A stretch of 64,000 nt of DNA from a virus. The stretch spans positions 1 through 64,000 of IMG/VR virus record IMGVR_UViG_3300046513_000221, one strand, 5' to 3'. Shown here one piece after another: positions 44,042-53,145 of this stretch. Within the stretch, counting starts at the first letter, position 1. Every line of letters starts with the position of its first letter. The notes under the pieces are model-generated. The model searched no databases. It had not been told where the DNA came from and worked only from the letters and a program-made list of their open reading frames with translations. A program made the position numbers and the translations under genes.

Positions 44042-44695
44042 TTACTGGAGGTCGTTCTTCACGGTGGCCGGTTTCTTGGCGGTCACCGACATGTCGGCGG
44101 CGTCGTGCGCCGCTGCCGCTTGAGGACGCAGCTGCAGGGTCTTCTCTTTGCCGGTGCGGAAGGTCTCTTCGGTATGGTCATCCTTCACGATCTTGTATTT
44201 GTCCAGATCGATGTGCGGATAGCCGCCGAAGCTCAAGAAGAACGAACGTGGTGCGGTGTTCAGACCGACTTCGTATGCACGCTTGACATCGATCAGACGG
44301 GTCTGAGCGTTCTTGAACTCGTCGCGACCAGCTTCGATCATGTTCATCAGCTTGCGGTACAGTTCGGTGTCCAACGTAGGATTTTGTTCCTTGATGGACA
44401 GGAATGCGGCGCGGCTACCGTCCGGGCCGTAGCGACCGGAGATCGATGCCTTCACCAGCTCGGCCATGTCGTTCTTGGCCATTTCCGGGATCTGCGTGCT
44501 GGTCATGACCTTTTGCGAGTAGTTCGCCAGAACGTTCTGGTTGTCCTCGTAAGCTGCTTTGATCAGGGCTTCCTGACGGTTGGCCCAGTTGCTCGCGGAG
44601 AAGTACGCGATGACCAGTGCGACCAGTGCGGCGACGATCACGCCGACGATGGCCAAGGCGATGATGCCAGCGCTACCTTGTTGATTCTTTTTCAT
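44042..44695 (-). CDS. N-terminally anchored membrane protein (217 aa)
   Basis: TM helix IIALAIVGVIVAALVALVIAYF; soluble domain of about 190 aa. Confidence 0.55.
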   Translation of the reverse strand: MKKNQQGSAGIIALAIVGVIVAALVALVIAYFSASNWANRQEALIKAAYEDNQNVLANYSQKVMTSTQIPEMAKNDMAELVKASISGRYGPDGSRAAFLSIKEQNPTLDTELYRKLMNMIEAGRDEFKNAQTRLIDVKRAYEVGLNTAPRSFFLSFGGYPHIDLDKYKIVKDDHTEETFRTGKEKTLQLRPQAAAAHDAADMSVTAKKPATVKNDLQ

Positions 44696-44719
44696 TTGTG
44701 TTGCCTTTCTTTTCGGGGT

Positions 44720-45805
44720 TTAAAAACGACGGTACTTGTACGGCGATGCGTTCTTCTGAACGAAGATCGCAGCCGCGATGCAGGATACTACTGACAGGAA
44801 GAGCGTGATGAAGATAGCCCAGCCATCGACCTCAATGTCATCCTTGAGGTACTCGAAGTCCTTCATGCTCTTACGAACGAAGGTGGTGCGGGTGTGCTCC
44901 GTCATCTTCTCGATGATCTTCTCGCGGTCGATAGTGCCAACATCGAGGATCGCTTCCCGAAGATTTACCTTGAAGTCCTCGCGGTCTGTCCACGAGATCA
45001 CGCGCACCCAACTGATCTTCGGGTACTCCTCGGTTCCGATTACGATGATGACATCGTTCTTCTTGCCGCCGAGCCACTCGTGCTCGACCTTCGAGGCGTA
45101 TCCGGGATTACCGGTCTTCGCGACGACTACTACAAAGTTGACCTGCTTCGTGGCACCCAGCTTCCGCAGGGCCATCGAGATATCGACATTCCACTTCTGC
45201 AAGTCGGGCATTGCCAGACCTACCTGCATAACGCGGTCGATCTTGTAGTAGTCATAAATGCTCTTGGGATATGGAGGAACGGGCATCTCCATCTTTGTGT
45301 ATCCCTTGTTGTGGTACAGAGACTTCTCTGCACCCTTGATGTAGTTAATGAAGATGTGATCCTTCGACACCGGGTCGCCCTTGTTGATCACGGTCCAGCG
45401 GCGAGGCTCGTTCAGACCCTGACGGTCGATGCGGTCGATATCGAAATCACCGATAGTCGTCTTGGCTGTCCAGTCCACATCGTAGCGGTGTTCGTAGCAG
45501 GTCTGACAACTCTTGTGGGTCGTCGTGTTGCCATTGGAATCCTTGGATGTTGTGTAGGTGCAGTTGCATTCGTAGGAATGCGAGCAGCTAACCTCCTCGC
45601 GAACCTTACTGACGATCTCGCCATTCCAGATCTCTACATCGGCATTCTTGCTCATTACGGCCAGACCCCAGCCCATAACGACCACAATACAGCCGAGTGC
45701 GATGATCCCGAGTACCATGCCGATTGAGAGATCCTTCCCGAAGAAGACCTTGTAGATCAGGACGGCGACGATGGGAACCAACATCATGAGAAGCAGCGTT
45801 TCCAA
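44720..45805 (-). CDS. Cys-rich polytopic membrane protein (about 361 aa, start uncertain)
   Basis: Two N-terminal TM helices and one C-terminal; CSHSYECNCTY ... CQTCYEH cluster. The TTG at 45803-45805 lies 9 nt after AAGGAG; ATG alternatives at 45787 and 45784; the listed GTG start is at 45850. Confidence 0.5.
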   Translation of the reverse strand: METLLLMMLVPIVAVLIYKVFFGKDLSIGMVLGIIALGCIVVVMGWGLAVMSKNADVEIWNGEIVSKVREEVSCSHSYECNCTYTTSKDSNGNTTTHKSCQTCYEHRYDVDWTAKTTIGDFDIDRIDRQGLNEPRRWTVINKGDPVSKDHIFINYIKGAEKSLYHNKGYTKMEMPVPPYPKSIYDYYKIDRVMQVGLAMPDLQKWNVDISMALRKLGATKQVNFVVVVAKTGNPGYASKVEHEWLGGKKNDVIIVIGTEEYPKISWVRVISWTDREDFKVNLREAILDVGTIDREKIIEKMTEHTRTTFVRKSMKDFEYLKDDIEVDGWAIFITLFLSVVSCIAAAIFVQKNASPYKYRRF

Positions 45806-45849
45806 TTTATTATTCTCCTTTGAGGGGCGACTCTCGCCGCCCCGTTTCA

Positions 45850-47535
45850 CTATGCCAGCAGCGCCTCCAGATCGACGATGACGTCGTTGACGTCAGGCAG
45901 ACCGAGGAGTTCCTTGCCGATTCGGATGATATCGTTCTCGGCGATGAGGCCGGGGATGATATCGTCGAGTTCCGGACGCTTGTCGCACATGATCTTGCCG
46001 ATCATGGTGTCCGCATCGATGTTACCTGCCAGAATGATCGATGGATACATGGACGATAAGTCCTCGTCCACAATATTCTCGAAGATGCGATTGGAGCGCT
46101 TGCCATCCTTGCTGATGACGATGCCGACGGCGTCCATCATCTCAGGCAGAGCCACGAATGCACCCTTGAACTTCTTCTTCTCTTCCTCTTCCTTCAGACG
46201 GTTGTGGTTGTTGGACAGGAGGAAACCCTCCTTCTCCAGAACCATCGCCGCGAAGTTACGGATCGAGGTGGTCTTGGTCATGACCTTGTTGAAGCGGGTC
46301 GCGGTCATCAGGCCCATGTTGTACAGCAGGTCGATGTCGTTGTTCTGCTCTTCGAGCTGATACAGACGGAACGAGTCATACATCGAGTACTTGAGGAAGC
46401 TCTCGTAGTTGATGTACATCGCGTCCGTGATCTCGCCCTCGTACTCATACTTACCTTCGATCCCCTCGTCGATCAGGATCGCATCCAGAGCGTACGATTC
46501 GCGCTTGCCCATCGTCGCCCGGATCTTGGCGAACTGCTCCTGCATCTCGACGAACTGCGAGTAACCTGCAACCTCCAGCTTGGTGTTCCGCTTGGTGAAG
46601 TCGGTTGCGAAGGAATCGTTCTCGATCCATGTGGACTTGTACGGCAGCTCCTTTGGACACATCACCTCTTCAGGCTTTAGCTTCAGTCGGAGCATACGGT
46701 TCTTCATGGTTACCAAGTCGAACCCGGCGTTCCAAGCACCCATGAAGTCGGGTTTGTCACGCTTCACGATCTTGAAGAAGTCCTTCAGCAGCTCCGCCTC
46801 ATCGTCGTAGATGTGTACCTCGATCGCACGCACCTTGGCGTAATCGATCTTGGAGTTTGGATCCTTCTCGTTCATCTCGTCGATGACCTGAGAGATCCAC
46901 TCATCGCCGTATTCTGCGAATGCTTCAAGGAAGTCCATCTGAGATTGGTTGTTCTCGTTCTTCAGGATGAACGAGTGGATGGTCATCGTCGGCTGGTGGA
47001 TGTACGAGATCATCGACACCGGACATGGAGCCAGCTCTGGTTCAGGAAACTCCCTGTACTCCGACACATCGACCTCAATATCGTAGAACGCCTTGGTGAT
47101 CGGCAGGACTGCGATCTGGTGACGGTTGCGGTCGAGCCACTCACGCGTCTTGTAGTCTGCCAGATCCATGTCCGTCAGGTGCAGGTTGTTGTCCTTGTGG
47201 AGGTTACGGAGTTCCTTCCACTTACCGTTGTTCTTACAAGCCTTGTAGAAGTCCATCTGGTCGGAGGCCTTAGCCATCTCATACTGCAGATTGTCGAACT
47301 TCACGGTTATCGGCTCGACCTTGTCGAACTCGATGTAATTCGCTGCCTTCTTCAGCCTGAACTCGTCCTTGGTAATGTAGAACGTGTAGGACGGATCCTC
47401 CTCGATCTCGAATTGCTTCTTGATCGTACCATCCGGTTGAAGTACGCTCTCCACATAGATGATCTTGGAGTGCTGGCGATTGTTGTCGTCACGATCGCGA
47501 ACGTGCAAGACGTTCGATAGCTGTTTTCCGCTCAT
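45850..47535 (-). CDS. family-B DNA polymerase, N-terminal part (3'-5' exonuclease domain + polymerase motif A, 561 aa)
   Basis: Exo I YDIEVD; Exo II WNAGFDLVTM; Exo III YSMYDSFRLYQL; motif A DLSSMYPSIILAGN. The protein ends about 70 aa after motif A. Confidence 0.75.
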   Translation of the reverse strand: MSGKQLSNVLHVRDRDDNNRQHSKIIYVESVLQPDGTIKKQFEIEEDPSYTFYITKDEFRLKKAANYIEFDKVEPITVKFDNLQYEMAKASDQMDFYKACKNNGKWKELRNLHKDNNLHLTDMDLADYKTREWLDRNRHQIAVLPITKAFYDIEVDVSEYREFPEPELAPCPVSMISYIHQPTMTIHSFILKNENNQSQMDFLEAFAEYGDEWISQVIDEMNEKDPNSKIDYAKVRAIEVHIYDDEAELLKDFFKIVKRDKPDFMGAWNAGFDLVTMKNRMLRLKLKPEEVMCPKELPYKSTWIENDSFATDFTKRNTKLEVAGYSQFVEMQEQFAKIRATMGKRESYALDAILIDEGIEGKYEYEGEITDAMYINYESFLKYSMYDSFRLYQLEEQNNDIDLLYNMGLMTATRFNKVMTKTTSIRNFAAMVLEKEGFLLSNNHNRLKEEEEKKKFKGAFVALPEMMDAVGIVISKDGKRSNRIFENIVDEDLSSMYPSIILAGNIDADTMIGKIMCDKRPELDDIIPGLIAENDIIRIGKELLGLPDVNDVIVDLEALLA

Positions 47536-47586
47536 TGGTTTCCTATAAGTACATTTTAATCATTACTCTTATCACTAAAAACATGT

Positions 47587-47614
47587 ACCGCTTCCGGAGC
47601 GGTCCCGTTTTTTT
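47587..47614. other. hairpin ACCGCT-N5-AGCGGT followed by T7, in the 5' region of the DNA polymerase N-fragment gene
   Basis: 6-bp stem plus CCCGTTTTTTT on the plus strand; T5 on the minus strand after the same stem. Confidence 0.35.
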
Positions 47615-47727
47615 ATTTATTATTTATAATTATTTAAATTCGCGACACGTACGCGCGCGCGAGAAAGTCATTCGAGCTCCACCAGCTGACCGGAAGTCCA
47701 CTGAAAATGTGATGCTTAACAACCCAA

Positions 47728-47736
47728 TAATATATA
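47728..47736. promoter_or_regulatory. AT-rich promoter-like motif in divergent region (AATAATATATA)
   Basis: Between the 47535 (-) start and the 47777 (+) start; the following AT-rich block 47610-47660 also looks promoter-like. Confidence 0.3.
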
Positions 47737-47776
47737 CTCGAAACACCGGTAAGAAAACGGTGCATCTGGAGCAATC

Positions 47777-48625
47777 ATGGCAGAAACAGGAAATCAAGTC
47801 GCCACCACAGGTCAGTCCTTCAGTAATACTGAGCTGACCCTGCGCGACATCATAGCACAGAATACATTCTCGGACAACGAGGCGATGTTGAAGCAGGAGC
47901 TGACAGAGGCCAATGAGCTCTTCACTCTTGTCAAGGGACTGCTGATGGACGAGGTAGGCGAGATCGCCAAACCGGCCACCCCTCAGCGCATGGGTACGGT
48001 GCAGCAGACCAAGCGTCGCAACATGATGTTCATCTCAAGTCAGACGACGAACCTGATCAGCATCAAGAACCTTAAGATGTCGCTGATCACGAAGCTCAGC
48101 GGCCTCCAGCAGGACCAGCTGGATCGTAACATCAGGGCGCTCTCCCAGATCGCCAAAGAGAACAAGATCGAGGATTCCGAGAGCAACCCAACGGCGGTTC
48201 TGGACTTCATCCTCAACAACCTCAACATCACGATCCCAATCGCCCCGGCTCTCCGGGCGCAGATGGGACTGCGGCCAGCCCACGACATCTCCGCCGAAGT
48301 CGATCTGGACTCGATCATCGATGCCGAGGAGGCAAGGGAGAACGAGTTCAAGCAGGAAAAGACCTCGTTCACCGCACCGCCTCCGAAGAAGCTGGTGAAG
48401 CCGAAGGTGGAACCCAAGGTCGAGGAACCGCTCTACAAACTGGCGTACGACGACGCTGGGAACACCCTCGTCTACAACGTGGAAGAGGACAAGATGGTCG
48501 TGGTCGATGGTGGCTACGAGATCATCAAGGAGCTGCAGTCTGACGAATACGAGGTTGACGTCCTCCCGGACGGCTCGTACTACGACAAGCACACCAACAC
48601 ACTAATCGAACTCATAGGAGAATAA
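47777..48625 (+). CDS. hypothetical protein, first gene of plus-strand late block (282 aa)
   Basis: GGAG RBS + ATG; GC3-rich codon usage. Confidence 0.55.
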   Translation: MAETGNQVATTGQSFSNTELTLRDIIAQNTFSDNEAMLKQELTEANELFTLVKGLLMDEVGEIAKPATPQRMGTVQQTKRRNMMFISSQTTNLISIKNLKMSLITKLSGLQQDQLDRNIRALSQIAKENKIEDSESNPTAVLDFILNNLNITIPIAPALRAQMGLRPAHDISAEVDLDSIIDAEEARENEFKQEKTSFTAPPPKKLVKPKVEPKVEEPLYKLAYDDAGNTLVYNVEEDKMVVVDGGYEIIKELQSDEYEVDVLPDGSYYDKHTNTLIELIGE

Positions 48626-48627
48626 CG

Positions 48628-49176
48628 ATGGCTACCGATTACTTCATGCCGAACTACAACCAGCTGCTCAAGGACGAGGGAGAGTTCAGCAACAACAAGA
48701 ACGATTCCGGCGGCGCTACCCGCTGGGGTGTCACCGAGAAGGTGGCACGCGCCCACGGCTACACTGGCCGCATGGAAGACCTCCCGCTGGAGACAGCGAA
48801 GGTCATCTACAAGGAACAGTACTGGGACATCAACAAGCTGGACGACATCGCCGCCCTCTCCCCGGAGATCGCGTCGAAGATCTTCAATGCCGGTGTAAAC
48901 TGCGGTGTGACGCGCCCAATCAAGTGGCTGCAACGCGCTCTGAACGTCCTGAACGGACGCGGCGAATTCTTTTCCGACATCTCCGCTGACGGCGTGTCCG
49001 GCAAGATGACCGTGTTCGCACTGTCCAGCTTCCTCAAGAAGCGCGGCACTATGGGCGTAACCGTCCTGATGCGTCTGCTGAATGACCAGCAAGGCGTCTA
49101 CTACGTCGAGTGCGCAGAGGGTAACGACAAGAACGAGGACTTCGTCTTCGGCTGGGTCGCTAACCGCGTCGCGTAA
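48628..49176 (+). CDS. GH108-family lysozyme-like protein (182 aa)
   Basis: DEGEFSNNKNDSGGATRWGVTEKVARAHGY matches the GH108 N-terminal signature (EGGY.NDP.D.GG.T..GIT); AGGAGA RBS. Confidence 0.65.
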   Translation: MATDYFMPNYNQLLKDEGEFSNNKNDSGGATRWGVTEKVARAHGYTGRMEDLPLETAKVIYKEQYWDINKLDDIAALSPEIASKIFNAGVNCGVTRPIKWLQRALNVLNGRGEFFSDISADGVSGKMTVFALSSFLKKRGTMGVTVLMRLLNDQQGVYYVECAEGNDKNEDFVFGWVANRVA

Positions 49177-49186
49177 GGGATAGGAC

Positions 49187-49840
49187 ATGGCACTTTTCCT
49201 GAATGAAAGCACTCTCCTTCAGTACAAACTGATGGACGAGAAGCTGCTCTCCGAGGCCGTTACCGACCCGGAAGCCGGGGCTGATCCGAAGGATTCCAAG
49301 GATCCTAAAGAGAGCTCCGATGACAAGACCGCGACCGATGTGTCTGCCGATGCGAAGGACGCCGCTGCGGTCCCTACCGACTCTGGCGATGATGCACCAC
49401 CAGCCGGTGATCCACCTGCGGATGATTCCGATAGTGGTGATGACGAAGATGACGGCGGTGACGATCCTGCCACCCCACCCTCCTCCTTCCAGACCCGGAA
49501 AACGATCGGTGGCGTGGAAGTGGAAGACACTGCCCTCAACCGTCGCTACCTCTTCAACCAGTTCCAAGAGATCATTAAGATCCACGAGAACTTGCTGGAG
49601 TTCGTCACCAACATGACGGTGAAATTCCCAAATGACAAAAAGCGACTCCAGCTGCTCGGACAGATCAAAGAGAAATCCGAGTTCGATCTGCGCATGCTTA
49701 ACAACGCTCTAGACGATCAGATCTTTGTCGGCATGGACATCACCTCGCTGTTCGCGCTGTACAAGATCTACTTTAACGACGCCTCAAGCGCCCTTAGAGT
49801 GATCAAACTTGTTCTTAACTACCAACCGATAAAATCGTAG
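49187..49840 (+). CDS. acidic low-complexity protein, scaffold-like (217 aa)
   Basis: Asp/Glu/Pro/Ser-rich N-half immediately upstream of the capsid-like gene. Confidence 0.5.
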   Translation: MALFLNESTLLQYKLMDEKLLSEAVTDPEAGADPKDSKDPKESSDDKTATDVSADAKDAAAVPTDSGDDAPPAGDPPADDSDSGDDEDDGGDDPATPPSSFQTRKTIGGVEVEDTALNRRYLFNQFQEIIKIHENLLEFVTNMTVKFPNDKKRLQLLGQIKEKSEFDLRMLNNALDDQIFVGMDITSLFALYKIYFNDASSALRVIKLVLNYQPIKS

Positions 49841-49979
49841 GTTCTTCGGCGGCGGTCTCCAAAAAATGCTACCGCCGAACTAAATTGACCCTAACATTCA
49901 GATAGAATGCAGCCTTCAGAGGGCTGTGTAAGTTGATTTAGGATAACCTAAACCTCTTTTACTTTTAAGGAAGAATCAC

Positions 49980-51563
49980 ATGTCTATCAGCTACGATACC
50001 GTCCACCAAAGCACCGTGGGCAGCAAAGTCTCCGCCATTCTGGAAAAACTGCCAGCGATCAACGAATCGTTCGCAGCAGAAGGCCTGAACGTCCTGAACG
50101 AAGGTTTCTCGGAAGTTGCTGCTAACAAGCACTACTACGAAGACTACGTCACCAAGCTGAGCGAAGGTCTGGACCCGGTAGCTGCCGCCCAGTTCCAATC
50201 GCTGGCCGACACCACCCGTACCCAGATCCTGCAAGAAAGCTCGATCTCGGGCATCAACCCGATCACCGCACTGGCGCTGCCGATGCTGCGCGTGGCATGG
50301 CCAAAAACCTCGATCCGCGAAGGCTTCCCGACCGAACCGGTCATGCAGCCGAAGTTCAAGGTGACCTGGCTGAAGCCGTACTTCATCGACGCTTCGACCA
50401 ACGAAAAGATCTTCATGCCTGCTGGCATCAGCAAGCGTAAAGACCTGTTCAAGCTGAAAATGCTGCAGGAAACCCCAATTCTGGTCGGCGCTGCCGGTCT
50501 GAACGGCTACGACCTGCTGACCCCTGTCGGCGCGAACGCATCGCTGGGCGACGAAATCGATCCGAACTTCTCGATCAGCGGCGTGACCTTCAAGGCACTG
50601 GACGCAACCGGCGCTAACCCGGTCAACGTCACCGTGGACGTCGAGTTCGAACTGGACACCAACATCGACGTGATCGAAGGCACCGCCTCCGGCAAGCACA
50701 CCGATGGTACCGACAACAAAGTTCGCGTGTTCGCGAAACTGAACCGTCGTGACGGCCAGATGGACGTCGTCGGTCTGGGCCGCGAAGTCGTCAGCGTAAC
50801 CGTCAAGGGCTACCTGTCGTCCGAAGCCAACAACCGCGCTACCCAAGTCGGTTTCGACGTTACGTCGGACGAGACCGTCATCGGTACCGGCCAACCGATC
50901 GAATCGCCGATCAACATCCAGCAGATGACCGACACGATGGCGATGTACAACATCGACTCGACCGTCAAGACGCTGGAAATCATGTCCACCGCGCTGGCAC
51001 AATCGACCGATCTGGAAGGCATCGACTTCCTGGAGCGTCGCTTCATGCTGGGCCTGAAACTGCAGACCGAGTTCGACGTGAACCCACCTGCCAACTTCCA
51101 GCTGGGCAACACCGCATGGCGCGAAGAGATCAAGATCAAGATCGACAATCTCGTGACCCGTCTGATGCAGTCCACCAACATCACCGCTGGCTCGGTCGTG
51201 ATCTTCGGCAACCCGCTGGACACGCAGATCCTGTCGAACGTGAAGTGGATGTACTCCGGCGAAGACCAGCCTAACGGCGTCAACATCGAGTACCGCGTCG
51301 GTAACTACACCTCCGGCGTGACGAACTACAAGGTTCTGTCGTCGTTCAACTTCGGTCAAGGCGAGCTGTACGTCGCGTTCCTGCCATCCACCCCGGATCA
51401 GGCGACGCTGAAGTACTACCCGTACTCGTTCAACGTTGTGCGCGGCACCGCCTCGCCTAACCGCACGTTCAACCCTGCTGTTCAGATGATCAAACGCCAC
51501 GTCTTCAAGGAGTACTCCTCGATGGTCGGCAAGATCAAGATCAAGAACAACAACGGCCTGTAA
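49980..51563 (+). CDS. putative major capsid protein (527 aa)
   Basis: Extreme codon bias (CTG, CCG, GGC, ATC ... dominate). AAGGAAG RBS; strong terminator immediately downstream; position in the structural module. Fold not verified. Confidence 0.65.
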   Translation: MSISYDTVHQSTVGSKVSAILEKLPAINESFAAEGLNVLNEGFSEVAANKHYYEDYVTKLSEGLDPVAAAQFQSLADTTRTQILQESSISGINPITALALPMLRVAWPKTSIREGFPTEPVMQPKFKVTWLKPYFIDASTNEKIFMPAGISKRKDLFKLKMLQETPILVGAAGLNGYDLLTPVGANASLGDEIDPNFSISGVTFKALDATGANPVNVTVDVEFELDTNIDVIEGTASGKHTDGTDNKVRVFAKLNRRDGQMDVVGLGREVVSVTVKGYLSSEANNRATQVGFDVTSDETVIGTGQPIESPINIQQMTDTMAMYNIDSTVKTLEIMSTALAQSTDLEGIDFLERRFMLGLKLQTEFDVNPPANFQLGNTAWREEIKIKIDNLVTRLMQSTNITAGSVVIFGNPLDTQILSNVKWMYSGEDQPNGVNIEYRVGNYTSGVTNYKVLSSFNFGQGELYVAFLPSTPDQATLKYYPYSFNVVRGTASPNRTFNPAVQMIKRHVFKEYSSMVGKIKIKNNNGL

Positions 51564-51579
51564 CCTGCGTTGATAAACT

Positions 51580-51614
51580 CCCGCTACCTCAAAAGGGTAG
51601 CGGGGTTTTTCTTT
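51580..51614 (+). terminator. terminator CCCGCTACC-N6-GGTAGCGGG + TTTTTCTTT
   Basis: 9-bp stem plus T-run after the capsid-like gene. Confidence 0.75.
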
Positions 51615-51664
51615 GCCTCGTCTCGAATCGGCTAACTAAGTATTAGTGGTAACGACTAGGAGGC

Positions 51665-52555
51665 ATGACCATGAACCACCCAAGCAATTTTACTCAAGAG
51701 CTGCACGCATATGCCGAACAGGCAGGTTGCGGTCTCACCACGCTGAGTTCCGATGTGATCGATGGCTACGTCATCGACATCGCCGACCCGGCCAGCCGCG
51801 TGGCTATCAACCTCGTACCCCTGAACGGGATCGAGAGTCCAGACAACAGGTTGCTCGAAATGTCCATGAAGGCACATGAGAACAACTTCACACTCTATCA
51901 CGTCTTCGAATCGGACTGGATGCATCGTCGCTCAGTCCTGATGAAGAAGATCGACTCCCTTCTCGGGATTGGCAGCGAAGAGAAAACGATCTACCGCTCG
52001 AAAAAGTGTGAGATCCGGCGCATCGATGAGAAGACCTTCCGGGAATTCTTCCGCACCAATTCGGTCGCGGTAACATCGAAAGCCGATAAGTACTTCGGAA
52101 TGTATCCGATCGACAAGCAAGACACAACACTGGTCGCGGCGATCGCCGTTAAGAACCTGAAGAAGGATCCGAACGGCTCCATCATCACGTCCTATGTGAC
52201 CAACCTCGACCACAAGGTCGTTGGTGCTTTTGGCAAGTTCGTGGGATACCTGAAGGGCGGCAAGAACTACTGTCTGTACCACGCGGATCTCCGCTGGTTG
52301 GACCTGCGTTCGACCTTCCTCAACAAGGCTTCCATGAAGTTCGTCAAGGTGTCGGAGCCACTGCGCTTCGCCTACACCCAGAGCATCAAGAAGCTCCACC
52401 TGCTGAACGGGATGACCCGCGAGAGTCTTTCGTCCCGCGTATCCTTGTCGAAGCCGTACGATACACGGCTCTCGATTGAGGATAATCTGGCAGCGAATGA
52501 CTTCAGCTTCATCCGCGATGCTGGCTGTATGATCTTCTCCTCGAAGAAGAACTGA
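51665..52555 (+). CDS. hypothetical protein in its own terminator-flanked unit (296 aa)
   Basis: AGGAGG RBS; terminators on both sides; less biased codon usage than the capsid gene. Confidence 0.55.
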   Translation: MTMNHPSNFTQELHAYAEQAGCGLTTLSSDVIDGYVIDIADPASRVAINLVPLNGIESPDNRLLEMSMKAHENNFTLYHVFESDWMHRRSVLMKKIDSLLGIGSEEKTIYRSKKCEIRRIDEKTFREFFRTNSVAVTSKADKYFGMYPIDKQDTTLVAAIAVKNLKKDPNGSIITSYVTNLDHKVVGAFGKFVGYLKGGKNYCLYHADLRWLDLRSTFLNKASMKFVKVSEPLRFAYTQSIKKLHLLNGMTRESLSSRVSLSKPYDTRLSIEDNLAANDFSFIRDAGCMIFSSKKN

Positions 52556-52560
52556 AAAAC

Positions 52561-52598
52561 CCGCTAGACCCCGAGAGGTCTAGCGGTTTTCATTTTAC
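52561..52598. terminator. bidirectional terminator CCGCTAGACC-N6-GGTCTAGCGG + TTTTCATTTT
   Basis: 10-bp stem; A5 upstream and T-run downstream. Confidence 0.7.
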
Positions 52599-53011
52599 TT
52601 CTTGGCCATCGGCTGCGGTACCGCACCCTGCATGAACTGGCGTGCGCGAGCAACGGCCTTCGAGCCGTACTTGCGATGGATCAGTTCGCGCAGCTGCAGA
52701 CGGATGCCGTTGTACTTGGCGTACTTGGCATACAGGGCGTCGCCCTTGGCTTTCGCCAGCAGCAGAGCCTGACGGTGGGCCAGGTTGTTGGTCTTGGCTT
52801 GACGGTTCAGGTGGACGATGATGTTCTGCTCGGACAGAGCTTTGATCACGACTTCCTCGTCCAGTGCTTGGAAAGCACCGGCCATCTTGCGCATCGCCAG
52901 CTCTTCGTCCAGCGGCAGTTCCACTTCAGGGGCAGCGCCCGGAGCGCCGGTTTGGACTGCGGTCTCAGCCAGCAGGTCTTGCAACAGTTTCGTCGACATA
53001 TGTGACTCCAT
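52595..53011 (-). CDS. hypothetical protein (138 aa)
   Basis: ATG at 53009-53011; Ala/Lys-rich. Confidence 0.5.
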   Translation of the reverse strand: MESHMSTKLLQDLLAETAVQTGAPGAAPEVELPLDEELAMRKMAGAFQALDEEVVIKALSEQNIIVHLNRQAKTNNLAHRQALLLAKAKGDALYAKYAKYNGIRLQLRELIHRKYGSKAVARARQFMQGAVPQPMAKK

Positions 53012-53145
53012 AAGTTGGGGTGTTAAGCGTCACCGTCCCACGTCTGGGAGACGTAAATCCCTTCAGATGAAATGAGACAGTTACTTTCTAATTAGATGTT
53101 AGGCTTGCGAAAAAATAAAATAGCCAATCACAAGAACGGATACGT

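Noticed and set aside
45823-45843. GC hairpin GGGGCG ... CGCCCC after the polymerase N-fragment gene as a terminator
   Set aside because: Followed by an A-rich RBS region rather than a T-run. More likely part of the translation-initiation region of the downstream membrane-protein gene.
49965-51500. 511-aa minus-strand ORF opposite the capsid-like gene
   Set aside because: The plus-strand frame has extreme, consistent codon bias and an RBS. The minus frame is R/V/G/D-rich with none.
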